58,581 nt of DNA from positions 1 through 58,581 of the IMG/VR virus record IMGVR_UViG_3300004807_000026, one strand, 5' to 3'. Shown in pieces: positions 26,401-34,399 of this stretch. A program made the position numbers and the translations under genes. Origin of the DNA: a virus (lineage: Duplodnaviria > Caudoviricetes). The notes beneath the pieces were generated by a model. That model had not been told where the DNA came from, ran no database searches, and worked only from the letters and a program-made list of their open reading frames with translations. Numbering within the stretch: the stretch's first letter is position 1; every line of letters starts with the position of its first letter.

Positions 26401-27988
26401 GAGGAGCCGAAAACGTAAAAATGCTTTCGGGATTCATCGCCTTTCGCAGTCCCATGTTTACGAAAAACTCAGGTACAGGAGTATAATAAGAAGAGGGACT
26501 GTTTTCGGTCTGACCATTAAGGTAAATCGGATTGTTGTTGTTTTCCGCATCAGACAACGATCCGTAAATTTGAAAGTCAGCGGTAGTATCTAATTGTTTT
26601 GCAAAGTATGTGACGCCAGTAACAAGAGGACTTGGCACTGCTGCAGGATATCCTGAGAGATAAGTAATTGTTGCTGTACCATTCGTCTGTGTTTGGGTGT
26701 ACCCAGAATCAGGTGGGCCGAGTGGAGGAGTGACTCCAAATATTCCAGCACCTGATACAAAATACAGATATTGGTTGTAGTAAAACCTTTCTCCCGCAGT
26801 TGCATACGCTCCCGATGTCCAAACAGTGAATGGAGAGAACGTCACCTCGTTGATCGTAGATTCAGATGTTAGCGCAGCAATTCGTGTGTCAGTTACCTGA
26901 ACTGCTGTGAGAAGATTTACAGGACGTGTGTCGGTTAATCGGAAAGATCCGGGGACACCACAATTACCACCTCCGGGATTTATCCATCCAAGATTGACCG
27001 TGCCATTTGTTTGAGCGCTAGAATAATTTGTGGGAGGAGATCCACCTAAGACTCCATCGTTTGTAGCAAAATATAACCGATCTCCCCAATAAATATTCTG
27101 ACCATTAGATACGGGAAGATACGGTGACCAGTTTATATACCCTGACCCCTGTACGTATGTGTTTGGATTTCCAGTTGGGAAACTTTGGATAGCAATCGGA
27201 TTGATGCCAGCATTCGCGTCGGAAAGGGAATTAAAAAGTTGAAAAGAAGTCGCGCCAGTCGATGTAGTGGTCACCGAACCAATATAATACGTCGTACCGT
27301 CAACAAGGAATGGAAACGCACCCGTGGGAGTTTGCCCGGCAGTCGAGCCGTTTGAACCTAGCGAACTAAAAACCATTGCTTCTCCAGCGACTAAAGCCGT
27401 CTGCGTGGAAAGGAAAGTATTGATTGGTGACATTGCAACCTCACGCGTCTTTACGGTGAGGTCATCAGCAATCGGTGTCCCGTATGGGTAGTCCGCCTGA
27501 GAGTGAATAGGAAGCAAGAGCCCATCTACACCTGTGCCGTCGGGCAACTGGCTACGGAGTGGACGGTTCCCGGCATCTGTTCCGACTACGCGCAGTACTT
27601 TCCCGGCGTCGTTTGTGGACTCAGCTATCGCGATCAATTGACCGGGCTGCTTGATGTCCATCAGCGTCGCTACAAATCCTCGGTCGTCCCATGCCCACGA
27701 CACCGGGTTGTACATGCCCCCGGCGTTGACGTGGTACTGGAACAAGCGACCGCGGAAGTACGTCGGAGACCCGTCAATATTCACTGCCAACGGTACTTCA
27801 ATACCGCGTGGCAGCGTGATTGTTTGACCGTCCCATCCCGTGCAGACATCGACCTCGGCGTTGGTATGATACCAGTGCCCAGACTCCATAAGAGCCTGAA
27901 CTGCCTGAGTTAGCTTGCGAAAGACCTTGCTCTGATCGGTTGTTCCAAGGATCTCGCTAGCCTCGTCGTATATCTCCGAGACGAACAT
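23420..27988 (-). CDS. tail adaptor (tubular A-like) protein with large repeat insertion
   Basis: helical N-terminus (MFVSEIYDEASEILG) and C-terminus (AIIAAVHA...ATKYWAMAMSYL) enclosing ~1200 aa of Gly/Ser/Thr repeats. Confidence 0.6.
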   Translation of the reverse strand: MFVSEIYDEASEILGTTDQSKVFRKLTQAVQALMESGHWYHTNAEVDVCTGWDGQTITLPRGIEVPLAVNIDGSPTYFRGRLFQYHVNAGGMYNPVSWAWDDRGFVATLMDIKQPGQLIAIAESTNDAGKVLRVVGTDAGNRPLRSQLPDGTGVDGLLLPIHSQADYPYGTPIADDLTVKTREVAMSPINTFLSTQTALVAGEAMVFSSLGSNGSTAGQTPTGAFPFLVDGTTYYIGSVTTTSTGATSFQLFNSLSDANAGINPIAIQSFPTGNPNTYVQGSGYINWSPYLPVSNGQNIYWGDRLYFATNDGVLGGSPPTNYSSAQTNGTVNLGWINPGGGNCGVPGSFRLTDTRPVNLLTAVQVTDTRIAALTSESTINEVTFSPFTVWTSGAYATAGERFYYNQYLYFVSGAGIFGVTPPLGPPDSGYTQTQTNGTATITYLSGYPAAVPSPLVTGVTYFAKQLDTTADFQIYGSLSDAENNNNPIYLNGQTENSPSSYYTPVPEFFVNMGLRKAMNPESIFTFSAPHYFSTGDVVEAVTSGTLPQPLLTNVNYFVHVISTTSISIHTNSTDAATGKNPIVVTTTGSGVNSFAKLIPATAVVGSTNQIQASGFNLAATPASGSGAIVNAYPEGGIISVNIVSGGTGYTTPTISFSDVGGYQYTSAPTVTLIPPVGYTGTPATFGSGSVTLQTDSATGYKYISSIVPTTAGTGYSTVNPPIVSITGGGGYGAVATATVNSTGNISAITLQPLGTGAQAAITVGSGVITSIVVQESGTGYIFPPRVTITGSHSTAATAYTLAQYTSVNNYFIQNPGSGYTQVPQVTITGGGGTGATATASINSDGTLAAITPVSLGSGYTSAPTVTITPSTNVFVQFSSTGTLPSPLVSGVPYRAEAPDTATSFTVKNADFSAVNITDTGSGTFYLVISRAFGLSFNSASGTVAGRSVSNTTKWAGDFTGLYNSTNTEPTVVQFGTDYLAPAPLSSGVNYGLFPISNTEAFLFNGTFATATANISSTGISSLTITNPGSGYISNTTSILSGITLTASNLGLLSGGTGYAYASSPYSSVPIVDSTGQGSGALGTVVVNSSGVVQSVNVTTAGTGYTKSSVLTLGTVSGFTTGSGCVITPGAVSLVITGNGTGASYVGFINSIDGSIFSLVKVSAGSGYSGVPTVQISLPPSITVTTLGTGQGYYVVPLVGGVVCLGSQIVPSSTSNLAVGQNVIFTSAGLVPSWMDQTATRTIGNISGGAITLTGTPSGNANELPIGQLYMTVQSDVSIPSLSSIVASESMYETGTEVFVRANTGDSLPKLHSGTVLPSNVPYYIRRLDNNTFELFDTYAHATTPSSITGLQTFSSVGNTVESTFFVDAVVTAVVVKSVQHIDKPLTDGYVSLYAFDRGRTNDMTLIGQYHPSETNPMYRRIKIGQSCAWARILYRVKAPTITSIYDYIPLEQTRAIIAAVHAVDLEDKDFMDQATKYWAMAMSYLKNQQNSMDGHAFNPPQINNITYGDGTDPVIDGCQFYF

Positions 27989-28000
27989 CGAGTGATTGGT

Positions 28001-28390
28001 TTATCGGTTTCGGGCGCTAAGTTGCTGAGCAAAGTTCGCCAGATCCTGATCGTCCGGGCTCGGGCCTGCAGGAGGAGCGCCAGCGCCGGGAGCCATAGGA
28101 GGTGCTCCTGCGCCGGGAGGCATTGGAGGAGCCCCCGCGGGAGCGCCACCTTCAGCCTGAGCTTTTTGGTCGTTGACCTGACCTGCGGCTGCATCAAGGG
28201 CAGAGGCAAGTTGAACCACGAGTTGATGAATCGCGTCGAAGGCGGGTTTAGGCATCTGCATCATGACGGATCCGTCTCCACCATCTTGAGGAGCTCCCAT
28301 AGGAGCACCACCCATATCGCCACCGCTAGGCATTCCGCCTGCGGGCATGTCGTTTGGATCGGAGGGAGGCATTGAGGTATCGGAGGGCAT
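28001..28390 (-). CDS. Pro/Gly/Met-rich low-complexity protein
   Basis: 129 aa; GAPPM repeats flanking one helix. Confidence 0.55.
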   Translation of the reverse strand: MPSDTSMPPSDPNDMPAGGMPSGGDMGGAPMGAPQDGGDGSVMMQMPKPAFDAIHQLVVQLASALDAAAGQVNDQKAQAEGGAPAGAPPMPPGAGAPPMAPGAGAPPAGPSPDDQDLANFAQQLSARNR

Positions 28391-28394
28391 AGGA

Positions 28395-28805
28395 TTAAGC
28401 GTTTGAGGTTTCTTTTGACGCTGCTTCTAATCCCTTTTCGATGGCGTCCTCATCTTTGGGCATCGTTGCACGGGTCTCACCATAGTTCTCGGCCTTTGCG
28501 GACTTGATACCGTGGATCTGAATCCCGACAGAGTGATGGTGCTTGGTCTGACCGTCGCGGGTTTCTTGCCTGTGACCTTCGGAAATCTTCTTGAAGTGGA
28601 TCGTGGCAGTACCGTGTTCACCAAGATGCTTCTTCAGCTTCTCCGCGTGTTCACCGTGGAAGTGAAGTTCAGGATAGTGGACGCTTGTTGTCTTGTCCTT
28701 AGCGTCAGTTGCCTCTGGATCAACTCCACCGAACATGCCGGGTGTGTCGTGCTCGCCGAGATCGTGGAATCCCTCGGGAATTTCTTGTTTTGTGTCGTAT
28801 GCCAT
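28395..28805 (-). CDS. hypothetical His-rich protein
   Basis: 136-aa ATG ORF tightly packed in the late operon. Confidence 0.6.
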   Translation of the reverse strand: MAYDTKQEIPEGFHDLGEHDTPGMFGGVDPEATDAKDKTTSVHYPELHFHGEHAEKLKKHLGEHGTATIHFKKISEGHRQETRDGQTKHHHSVGIQIHGIKSAKAENYGETRATMPKDEDAIEKGLEAASKETSNA

Positions 28806-28813
28806 AAATTGAA

Positions 28814-29422
28814 TTAGTAAATGATGAAGCTAAATGATTCTGCAGTTGGGGTTGACCCGGCATAGGTAGTGACAGTGCAAGAACCAGTGCCGAGATTTAC
28901 TAAAGGCCCGTAACCAGCACCGCTTGTCTGATTAACAATTACCTTTGAAGTGGAAGAGATGCCAGAATACGTAATTGTAAAAACTCCCGAGGATCCTTGT
29001 GGCGCTACACTCAGTCCTGATGCGGGTAAGAAGCTACCCGCTACCAATGCACCCCCAGTAGTTACGTTTCCGTAGGCTTTAGGTACTGTCCCGGTAGTCG
29101 CAGCGGATCCGGTAGTCAACGCACGGAGGAGGAAGCAAAGGAATCCTTCTCCAGTATTGGGAGTAATTCCAAAAACCGATGTCGTTGACGTGGGGGCACA
29201 GGCTACTGTCCAGACGACCTGTCCATTTACGACACTCTTGGTGATCCCGCTAGTGGACGTAACGCCCGCCGGGATGTTTTGGAAGGCTCCGTATAGCGAC
29301 GTGGCAAGGTTGGTGATCTGAGACGTTACAGACTCAGGTGACACCTGTGGATAGGGGACGTCGGGTTGGCAGACGTAGCCATACCCGTACCCGTAAGATA
29401 AATCGCCATTGCAACAAGACAT
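28814..29422 (-). CDS. virion structural protein (fibre/decoration-like)
   Basis: 202 aa, MSCC start, Thr/Gly/Ser-rich; C-terminal beta domain ending FSFIIY. Confidence 0.55.
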   Translation of the reverse strand: MSCCNGDLSYGYGYGYVCQPDVPYPQVSPESVTSQITNLATSLYGAFQNIPAGVTSTSGITKSVVNGQVVWTVACAPTSTTSVFGITPNTGEGFLCFLLRALTTGSAATTGTVPKAYGNVTTGGALVAGSFLPASGLSVAPQGSSGVFTITYSGISSTSKVIVNQTSGAGYGPLVNLGTGSCTVTTYAGSTPTAESFSFIIY

Positions 29423-29467
29423 GCCTTTGAAAATGGTACTTTGACTTACAATTGTAAAGAGGAAAAA

Positions 29468-29734
29468 TCACACAAGTAGATTCATCACTACTTTTACGTG
29501 CGCCTCGTCAATCAGGTTCCCCAGATCCTCGACTGCCTCCTCGTCCAGATCTCGGCACCGGGCATGAATAATCTCGTGAGAAAGGCAATTCAACAGGCTC
29601 CCATTCGACTTACGCCTGAGCGTAATGACACGCGTCTCGTAATCGCACAACGCATCCCGATTCGGCCCGGGATTACCAAACTTGATCGTCCAGATGTGCC
29701 CAAGGATATTCATCTTTATGGATTTTTTCTTCAT
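29468..29734 (-). CDS. small zincin-like metallopeptidase
   Basis: LCD...R.I.L...LSHEIIHA (HExxH)...EEAVE. Confidence 0.7.
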   Translation of the reverse strand: MKKKSIKMNILGHIWTIKFGNPGPNRDALCDYETRVITLRRKSNGSLLNCLSHEIIHARCRDLDEEAVEDLGNLIDEAHVKVVMNLLV

Positions 29735-30138
29735 AGCGGAGGGCAAGGTATCTGGTTGTTGTGAATCATTGCATGACAATTTTTGCAGACAAGGACGCAC
29801 TTTTTTATTTCAGCCCAGAGTTTATCAATGCTCACTCCCCGGCGGGCGGATATCGTAAAATCCTTCTCATCCGGGTTCACGTGGTGCCAATCGAGGGAGC
29901 TTAAAGATTGGTTGAAACCACACGATTGACACTTACCCCCACGACTGTTTTTCAATTCCCTATTACTACTATTCCTTCTTTCTCTTCGATACTCCTGTCT
30001 CCTCTCCTTGCTCGTGTCACTTACAAAATAAGAAATGGTAGACTTCGCACATCCCAGCTTGTGCTCTATTTCCCGGTAGCTCAGTCCCTGCTTCCGGAGC
30101 GCAAGGATCCTATCTTTCAACGGGGCAGGTTGGCGCAT
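29731..30138 (-). CDS. HTH-HNH homing endonuclease
   Basis: GLSYREIEHKLGCAKSTISY HTH; CQSCG...LDWHH...EIKKCVLVCKNCH. Confidence 0.85.
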   Translation of the reverse strand: MRQPAPLKDRILALRKQGLSYREIEHKLGCAKSTISYFVSDTSKERRQEYRRERRNSSNRELKNSRGGKCQSCGFNQSLSSLDWHHVNPDEKDFTISARRGVSIDKLWAEIKKCVLVCKNCHAMIHNNQIPCPPL

Positions 30139-30139
30139 A

Positions 30140-30364
30140 CTACTCGGGGAGTTCGTCGTCGTCGTGAGTATACAAACCCGCAGCTACCCACTGAGCGATG
30201 TGGTTCTGCAGGGCAAAGGCATTGCCTACCATGTACTCACCGTGCTTGGTCTTACCATCTTCCATCCATGATACAAACACCGCGACATTGGCACTGTCAA
30301 AGTGCTCTCCCAGCGTCCTCGCTGCATGCTCTAGTGGGATTAACGCTTTCGGAGTTGGGTTCAT
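30140..30364 (-). CDS. hypothetical protein
   Basis: MNPTPK start with ATGA overlap to the endolysin stop. Confidence 0.55.
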   Translation of the reverse strand: MNPTPKALIPLEHAARTLGEHFDSANVAVFVSWMEDGKTKHGEYMVGNAFALQNHIAQWVAAGLYTHDDDELPE

Positions 30365-30807
30365 ACGTCCGCTTTCCAAGGCACATTGTTCACGGCAGCA
30401 AGACTGCTCAGTCTATTGAGCCAACCGCGAAGATACTTTTTAGAGGTAGGACGAGTATTTGCAAGGTCTATATAAAAACTTCTTTGTGCTGACAGGAAAC
30501 CGTACGCGGTTCCGTTTGATTGAACCATCAACTTGTCCGCCCGGGTTTTGCCACAATTGACGCACGCGTTGAAGAAAATCCAGTCCATCGGAACCCGCAT
30601 CTTTAAGGATCCCGTCGAGACGTACTCGTTCCAGTAGATCTGAGTTGCGTCTTGAGCGGTCAATTCCCGGATGTTGACTCCCGGGTGACTGCGCTGATCA
30701 ATACCGTACTTGGTCGCGCCTCCCGGGTCGTCAGGATCGTTCTCATACACCGTTCCCTCCCACGTGAAGAGCCACGGTATGATCTGCTGCTCAAATCGTC
30801 CCGTCAT
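30361..30807 (-). CDS. endolysin, glycoside hydrolase family 108
   Basis: WEG..YENDPDDPGGATKYGI and C-terminal YLRGWLNR. Confidence 0.9.
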   Translation of the reverse strand: MTGRFEQQIIPWLFTWEGTVYENDPDDPGGATKYGIDQRSHPGVNIRELTAQDATQIYWNEYVSTGSLKMRVPMDWIFFNACVNCGKTRADKLMVQSNGTAYGFLSAQRSFYIDLANTRPTSKKYLRGWLNRLSSLAAVNNVPWKADV

Positions 30808-31144
30808 CGAAGTCACGTGGTCGGCGTCCTATGTACGTCTCTTCCATAGGTGCCTGAGCGTTTGTATCGACGTGCTCATCTATGTGCTGCAGTGCCGAAA
30901 TTGCTTTCCAGTCCATCGCTGCCTGCCCGGTGATTAACGTCGTAATTGTTGCACCAAAGAATAAGACGACCAAGTTGGCTAGCTCGACAATTTCCTTTGC
31001 AGCCTCAGCGTGCGCCAAGATCAAATACGCGCTCATCGCAAATACTGCCAGTACACAGACACCACCGATCAAAGCGTAGATCGCTTTTTTGGAGTCCAGA
31101 GGCTTCTGCTCTAGCTTCTTTGTAATTACAGAAGAAAACGCCAT
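30791..31144 (-). CDS. putative holin (2 TM)
   Basis: SKK followed by two TM segments and GQAAMD; directly upstream of the endolysin. Confidence 0.65.
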   Translation of the reverse strand: MAFSSVITKKLEQKPLDSKKAIYALIGGVCVLAVFAMSAYLILAHAEAAKEIVELANLVVLFFGATITTLITGQAAMDWKAISALQHIDEHVDTNAQAPMEETYIGRRPRDFDDGTI

Positions 31145-31539
31145 GACAGTCGGAAACCTATGTACCCCACAACTGCCAGCACCGACATTAGAGCAATCGC
31201 CCTCCACATCCACAACTCTTTGAGAGCTTTAGTTTGCTTCTCGTGCCAGTAATTAGCCTCGTCGGAAACTTTACTTAACAATGCCGTCTGTGTTTCTACT
31301 TTACCAGTATATAAACCAAGGTCATCCTGCGCCTTCGATAGCGCGTCTACAACTTGCTGGGCGGCTTTTTTATCTCCCTTGACTGCCTTTACCACAGATG
31401 CCTTTGCGGACACTACATCCTGAACTACTGCGGCACTAGATGGAGGAATGAATGAATGGGTTTCTTGGTGGGCGCACCCTGCTAGACAAGCAAGTAACGC
31501 TCCCAAAAGCGGCATCAATGCTTCCCAAGTCTTTTTCAT
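31126..31539 (-). CDS. putative unimolecular spanin
   Basis: N-terminal lipobox LLACLAG-C, coiled-coil middle, C-terminal TM (AIALMSVLAVVGYIGF). Confidence 0.65.
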   Translation of the reverse strand: MKKTWEALMPLLGALLACLAGCAHQETHSFIPPSSAAVVQDVVSAKASVVKAVKGDKKAAQQVVDALSKAQDDLGLYTGKVETQTALLSKVSDEANYWHEKQTKALKELWMWRAIALMSVLAVVGYIGFRLSWRFLL

Positions 31540-31697
31540 TTGTGTGACTGCTTGATGATCGTCAGGACAGATGCCGTTGCTGATAGCAGGAGGCAGATCC
31601 ATTGAGCAAGAGGAGGAACTTCAGGTACAAATGAAAACAGCAAAAAGGAAACACTTGTTGCGGCTCCAAGTAGAGGCGTTTGTCCTGAAGAATGCAT
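31536..31697 (-). CDS. small 2-TM membrane protein (holin/antiholin-like), absent from the ORF track
   Basis: 53 aa MHSSGQTPLLGAATSVSFLLFSFVPEVPPLAQWICLLLSATASVLTIIKQSHK; TAATG and ATGA couplings on both sides. Confidence 0.6.
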   Translation of the reverse strand: MHSSGQTPLLGAATSVSFLLFSFVPEVPPLAQWICLLLSATASVLTIIKQSHK

Positions 31698-32605
31698 TAT
31701 GGTGTAGTTGTTGTATCAGGATTTGCTGAATTATCAACTGGATTTGCAGTCGCATCCGTGGTCGTTGAATCCGTAGCAGGAGCAGGAGCAACTATGGTAG
31801 GTTGTGCAGATACTTGGGCATATAATGCAACATCGTCAGCATAAATGGTGCGTAATATTGCTATTTGATCGTCAGTAAGAACTGGTTTTTTATCTGTGCT
31901 GGTTTCATTAATAACTGGAACTGGCGTTGGAAGCCCAAAGATTGCGGCTAATTCATTAAAATCAGATTTGAAATCGTGATACACGATTCCCTGTGGAGGC
32001 GTGAGTCCAAGAAGAAGCGTTTGCTTGCGGAAGTGCTTGTTAATTGTTGTTTGATCTTGCTGACCAAGCCAATCAATAAATTCATCAACACCAAGCCAGC
32101 ATGGAACACCGCCAGTTCTCAAAGCATAAGCGGAAACAAACCTTTCAATAGGGTCACGAATAATTGCGTGAGGAGTTCCAGATGGAAGTATTGATGTTTT
32201 CATTCCAGAAAGATTTTGAACAGATTGTCCAATATCAAAGTAGGGATCGTAAAATGTTTTTCTTATGAGACCAGTGAACAATGAAGAAGCATTTCGATAA
32301 ATAACACAATAAGAAGTTCCGTTTGGAAGGTCTATGTAAGTAGACTTTATTGGATTTTCTGTCCTTACTTGCGGATAAAAACCATCTGTATTTTTATCGT
32401 AATAAAATCCTATCCTAGCCTCACGCCTTCTTTTCCCACTTCCAGCAGGAAATGATTGAACAAGTTTTCCTTCTTCTATATTTCCATTTCCGTAGTTGTT
32501 TTTAACAAAAGTTATTCCATCTTCTTCTGTAGGAACATTTTGGTCATCTACTAAAATTAAAGTAGAAACAATATTGTTTGAGTCAAGTAAAGCAAATGTA
32601 GCCAT
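31697..32605 (-). CDS. tail-associated N-domain fused to sulfotransferase (Sulfotransfer_2-like) domain
   Basis: MATFALLDSNNIV N-domain; IYRNASS (5'-PSB-like), IRDPIERFVSAY (3'-PB), HFRKQ. Confidence 0.7.
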   Translation of the reverse strand: MATFALLDSNNIVSTLILVDDQNVPTEEDGITFVKNNYGNGNIEEGKLVQSFPAGSGKRRREARIGFYYDKNTDGFYPQVRTENPIKSTYIDLPNGTSYCVIYRNASSLFTGLIRKTFYDPYFDIGQSVQNLSGMKTSILPSGTPHAIIRDPIERFVSAYALRTGGVPCWLGVDEFIDWLGQQDQTTINKHFRKQTLLLGLTPPQGIVYHDFKSDFNELAAIFGLPTPVPVINETSTDKKPVLTDDQIAILRTIYADDVALYAQVSAQPTIVAPAPATDSTTTDATANPVDNSANPDTTTTP

Positions 32606-32610
32606 ATATT

Positions 32611-33402
32611 TTAGATAGTAAATTGTCCCTGTGTTGTAAATGTTAAAATTGTATTTGATCCTACTACATCTCTTTGTGCAGTTGGTGTAAATGTTCCTAA
32701 TTGACCAAATTGAGAACTTGATCCCATGATTTTTACTACTCCTTGTTTTCCTTTTTCTGCGTTAGAAGTATTTCCAGCGGAACCTGCATTTCCTCCGCTT
32801 CCATAATTGTCATATCCATTTCCTCCTGTTGTGGCATCGTCACCATTCCCATAAGTACCACCACCTCCAGCCGCATAATAAATTGGAAGATTAGTTACAA
32901 AATCAATAATAGGGATACCATCACCACCAAAAAGTTGCGTGTAATTTCCGTTAAATCCGTATCTATCATCATGAGGAAGTGTGATTCCATTTCCTCCAGA
33001 TCCACCTATGTTATTTCCAAGAAGCGTTCCTTGATATTGTGCTGTAACTCCAGAATTCCCACCAATAGCAGTAATATTTGTATATGGAGATGAATATATT
33101 TGTGAATTTCCACCATCCGTTGGATCAGCTACTTCTGTATTAGAAGTAGCACTATTACCATCTCCATATCTTGCACTAGCACCAGCACTTCCAACATAAA
33201 TATAATATGTATATCCTTTCCTAAAATTATTAGATCCTAGCAAAACTTGGCCTCCATTTCCTCCAGTTCCGTATTGAACTCTTTGGGTGTCTTGCCCACC
33301 ACCACCTCCTCCCACAAGGAGATAGTTAAGCACAACTCCAGCAAAAGCAGGATATCTATAAAGCCAAGCATCAGGCGTTAGCTTTAGACCAAGATATGGC
33401 AT
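32611..33402 (-). CDS. glycine-rich tail fibre-like protein
   Basis: YLLVGGGGGG, YYAAGGGG, GKQGVVKI, TILTFTTQGQFTI. Confidence 0.7.
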   Translation of the reverse strand: MPYLGLKLTPDAWLYRYPAFAGVVLNYLLVGGGGGGQDTQRVQYGTGGNGGQVLLGSNNFRKGYTYYIYVGSAGASARYGDGNSATSNTEVADPTDGGNSQIYSSPYTNITAIGGNSGVTAQYQGTLLGNNIGGSGGNGITLPHDDRYGFNGNYTQLFGGDGIPIIDFVTNLPIYYAAGGGGTYGNGDDATTGGNGYDNYGSGGNAGSAGNTSNAEKGKQGVVKIMGSSSQFGQLGTFTPTAQRDVVGSNTILTFTTQGQFTI

Positions 33403-33405
33403 AAC

Positions 33406-33759
33406 TTAGGCGTTATACGCGATAATCGTTCCGCTCGCGAGCGTGATAGCAGAGAAGTTACCAAAGAAAATAGTCCCAGCAGGGAAGCTGAATGTGCTAA
33501 TGGCAGTCCCTGTGCGAGTAGAATCAGTAAGCGTTGTAAACACTGCTGTAGCTAGCACCTGAATGGCATACCAGTTTCCTGTGCGAGCAGTTGTGTCGTT
33601 AAAAAATGTTGATCCTGAAATTGCCGCATTGTGATCTTTTACAGCCAGTGGGCCACCATTGTTATTGTCTATTTCAATTCCATTTTTAAGGAAAGTGAGT
33701 ACGCTTGCTCTAAAGTTGGCAGTTGAAAGATTGGATGTGATTTCAGGGAATTGCGACAT
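33406..33759 (-). CDS. virion structural protein
   Basis: C-terminal GNFSAITLASGTIIAY beta motif. Confidence 0.55.
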   Translation of the reverse strand: MSQFPEITSNLSTANFRASVLTFLKNGIEIDNNNGGPLAVKDHNAAISGSTFFNDTTARTGNWYAIQVLATAVFTTLTDSTRTGTAISTFSFPAGTIFFGNFSAITLASGTIIAYNA

Positions 33760-33762
33760 AGG

Positions 33763-34329
33763 TTAGGCGAGTTGGATGATATTTACATTTACGCTAGGGG
33801 CAAATGGTCGTGTTGGTAATGTTCCTGCGGCAGTGGGTGTTAATGCTATTGCCGATGGACTGATGTCTGACCACCAGTAGAATTGAATATAATCACCAGC
33901 ATGGAAATAATTGATGTCAGTAACATTTGTGAGAGTTTGAGATCTTTGTGCGCTACCAATCGTAAATGTATAACTGGAATTCGGTGCATTGACTCCGTTT
34001 ACTGCATACCAATTAGTAATGTCGTAGTTGGTTGTTCCACCACTGAATAAAAACTGACCTTGGAAATCTATGTAGTAGTTTCCTGCGTTAGAAAAAGTAA
34101 TTTGACTTCCATTAACAACTGAAATTCCATTTGCATAGTCAGTTGAGTTTATGCCAACAAGGTTTGCCGTAGTCAGTCCACCACTGCCTTGAGTTGTGGT
34201 ATCGAAGAACGCACCAAAGTTAATGCTGTTCACCACAGAAGGATTGTTCAACAAAGATTGCTTGTAGTGCCTCCATGTGGGAGCACCTGCGGCTAGGTTA
34301 GTTTGAAGGGAATATTCTTGTGGCGTCAT
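33763..34329 (-). CDS. virion structural protein (C1q/BclA-like beta sandwich)
   Basis: FGAFFDTTTQ...ITFSNAGNY...AGDYIQFYW...PSV. Confidence 0.6.
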   Translation of the reverse strand: MTPQEYSLQTNLAAGAPTWRHYKQSLLNNPSVVNSINFGAFFDTTTQGSGGLTTANLVGINSTDYANGISVVNGSQITFSNAGNYYIDFQGQFLFSGGTTNYDITNWYAVNGVNAPNSSYTFTIGSAQRSQTLTNVTDINYFHAGDYIQFYWWSDISPSAIALTPTAAGTLPTRPFAPSVNVNIIQLA

Positions 34330-34353
34330 AGGGAAAGATGTTGTCTGACTAAG

Positions 34354-34383
34354 TGGGAGCCAGCGTATTCGCTGACTCCCACC
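34354..34383 (-). terminator. hairpin downstream of the major capsid gene
   Basis: GTGGGAGTCAGCG-AATA-CGCTGGCTCCCAC 13-bp stem; weak U-tract. Confidence 0.55.
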
Positions 34384-34399
34384 CGTGTCAAACTACTTC

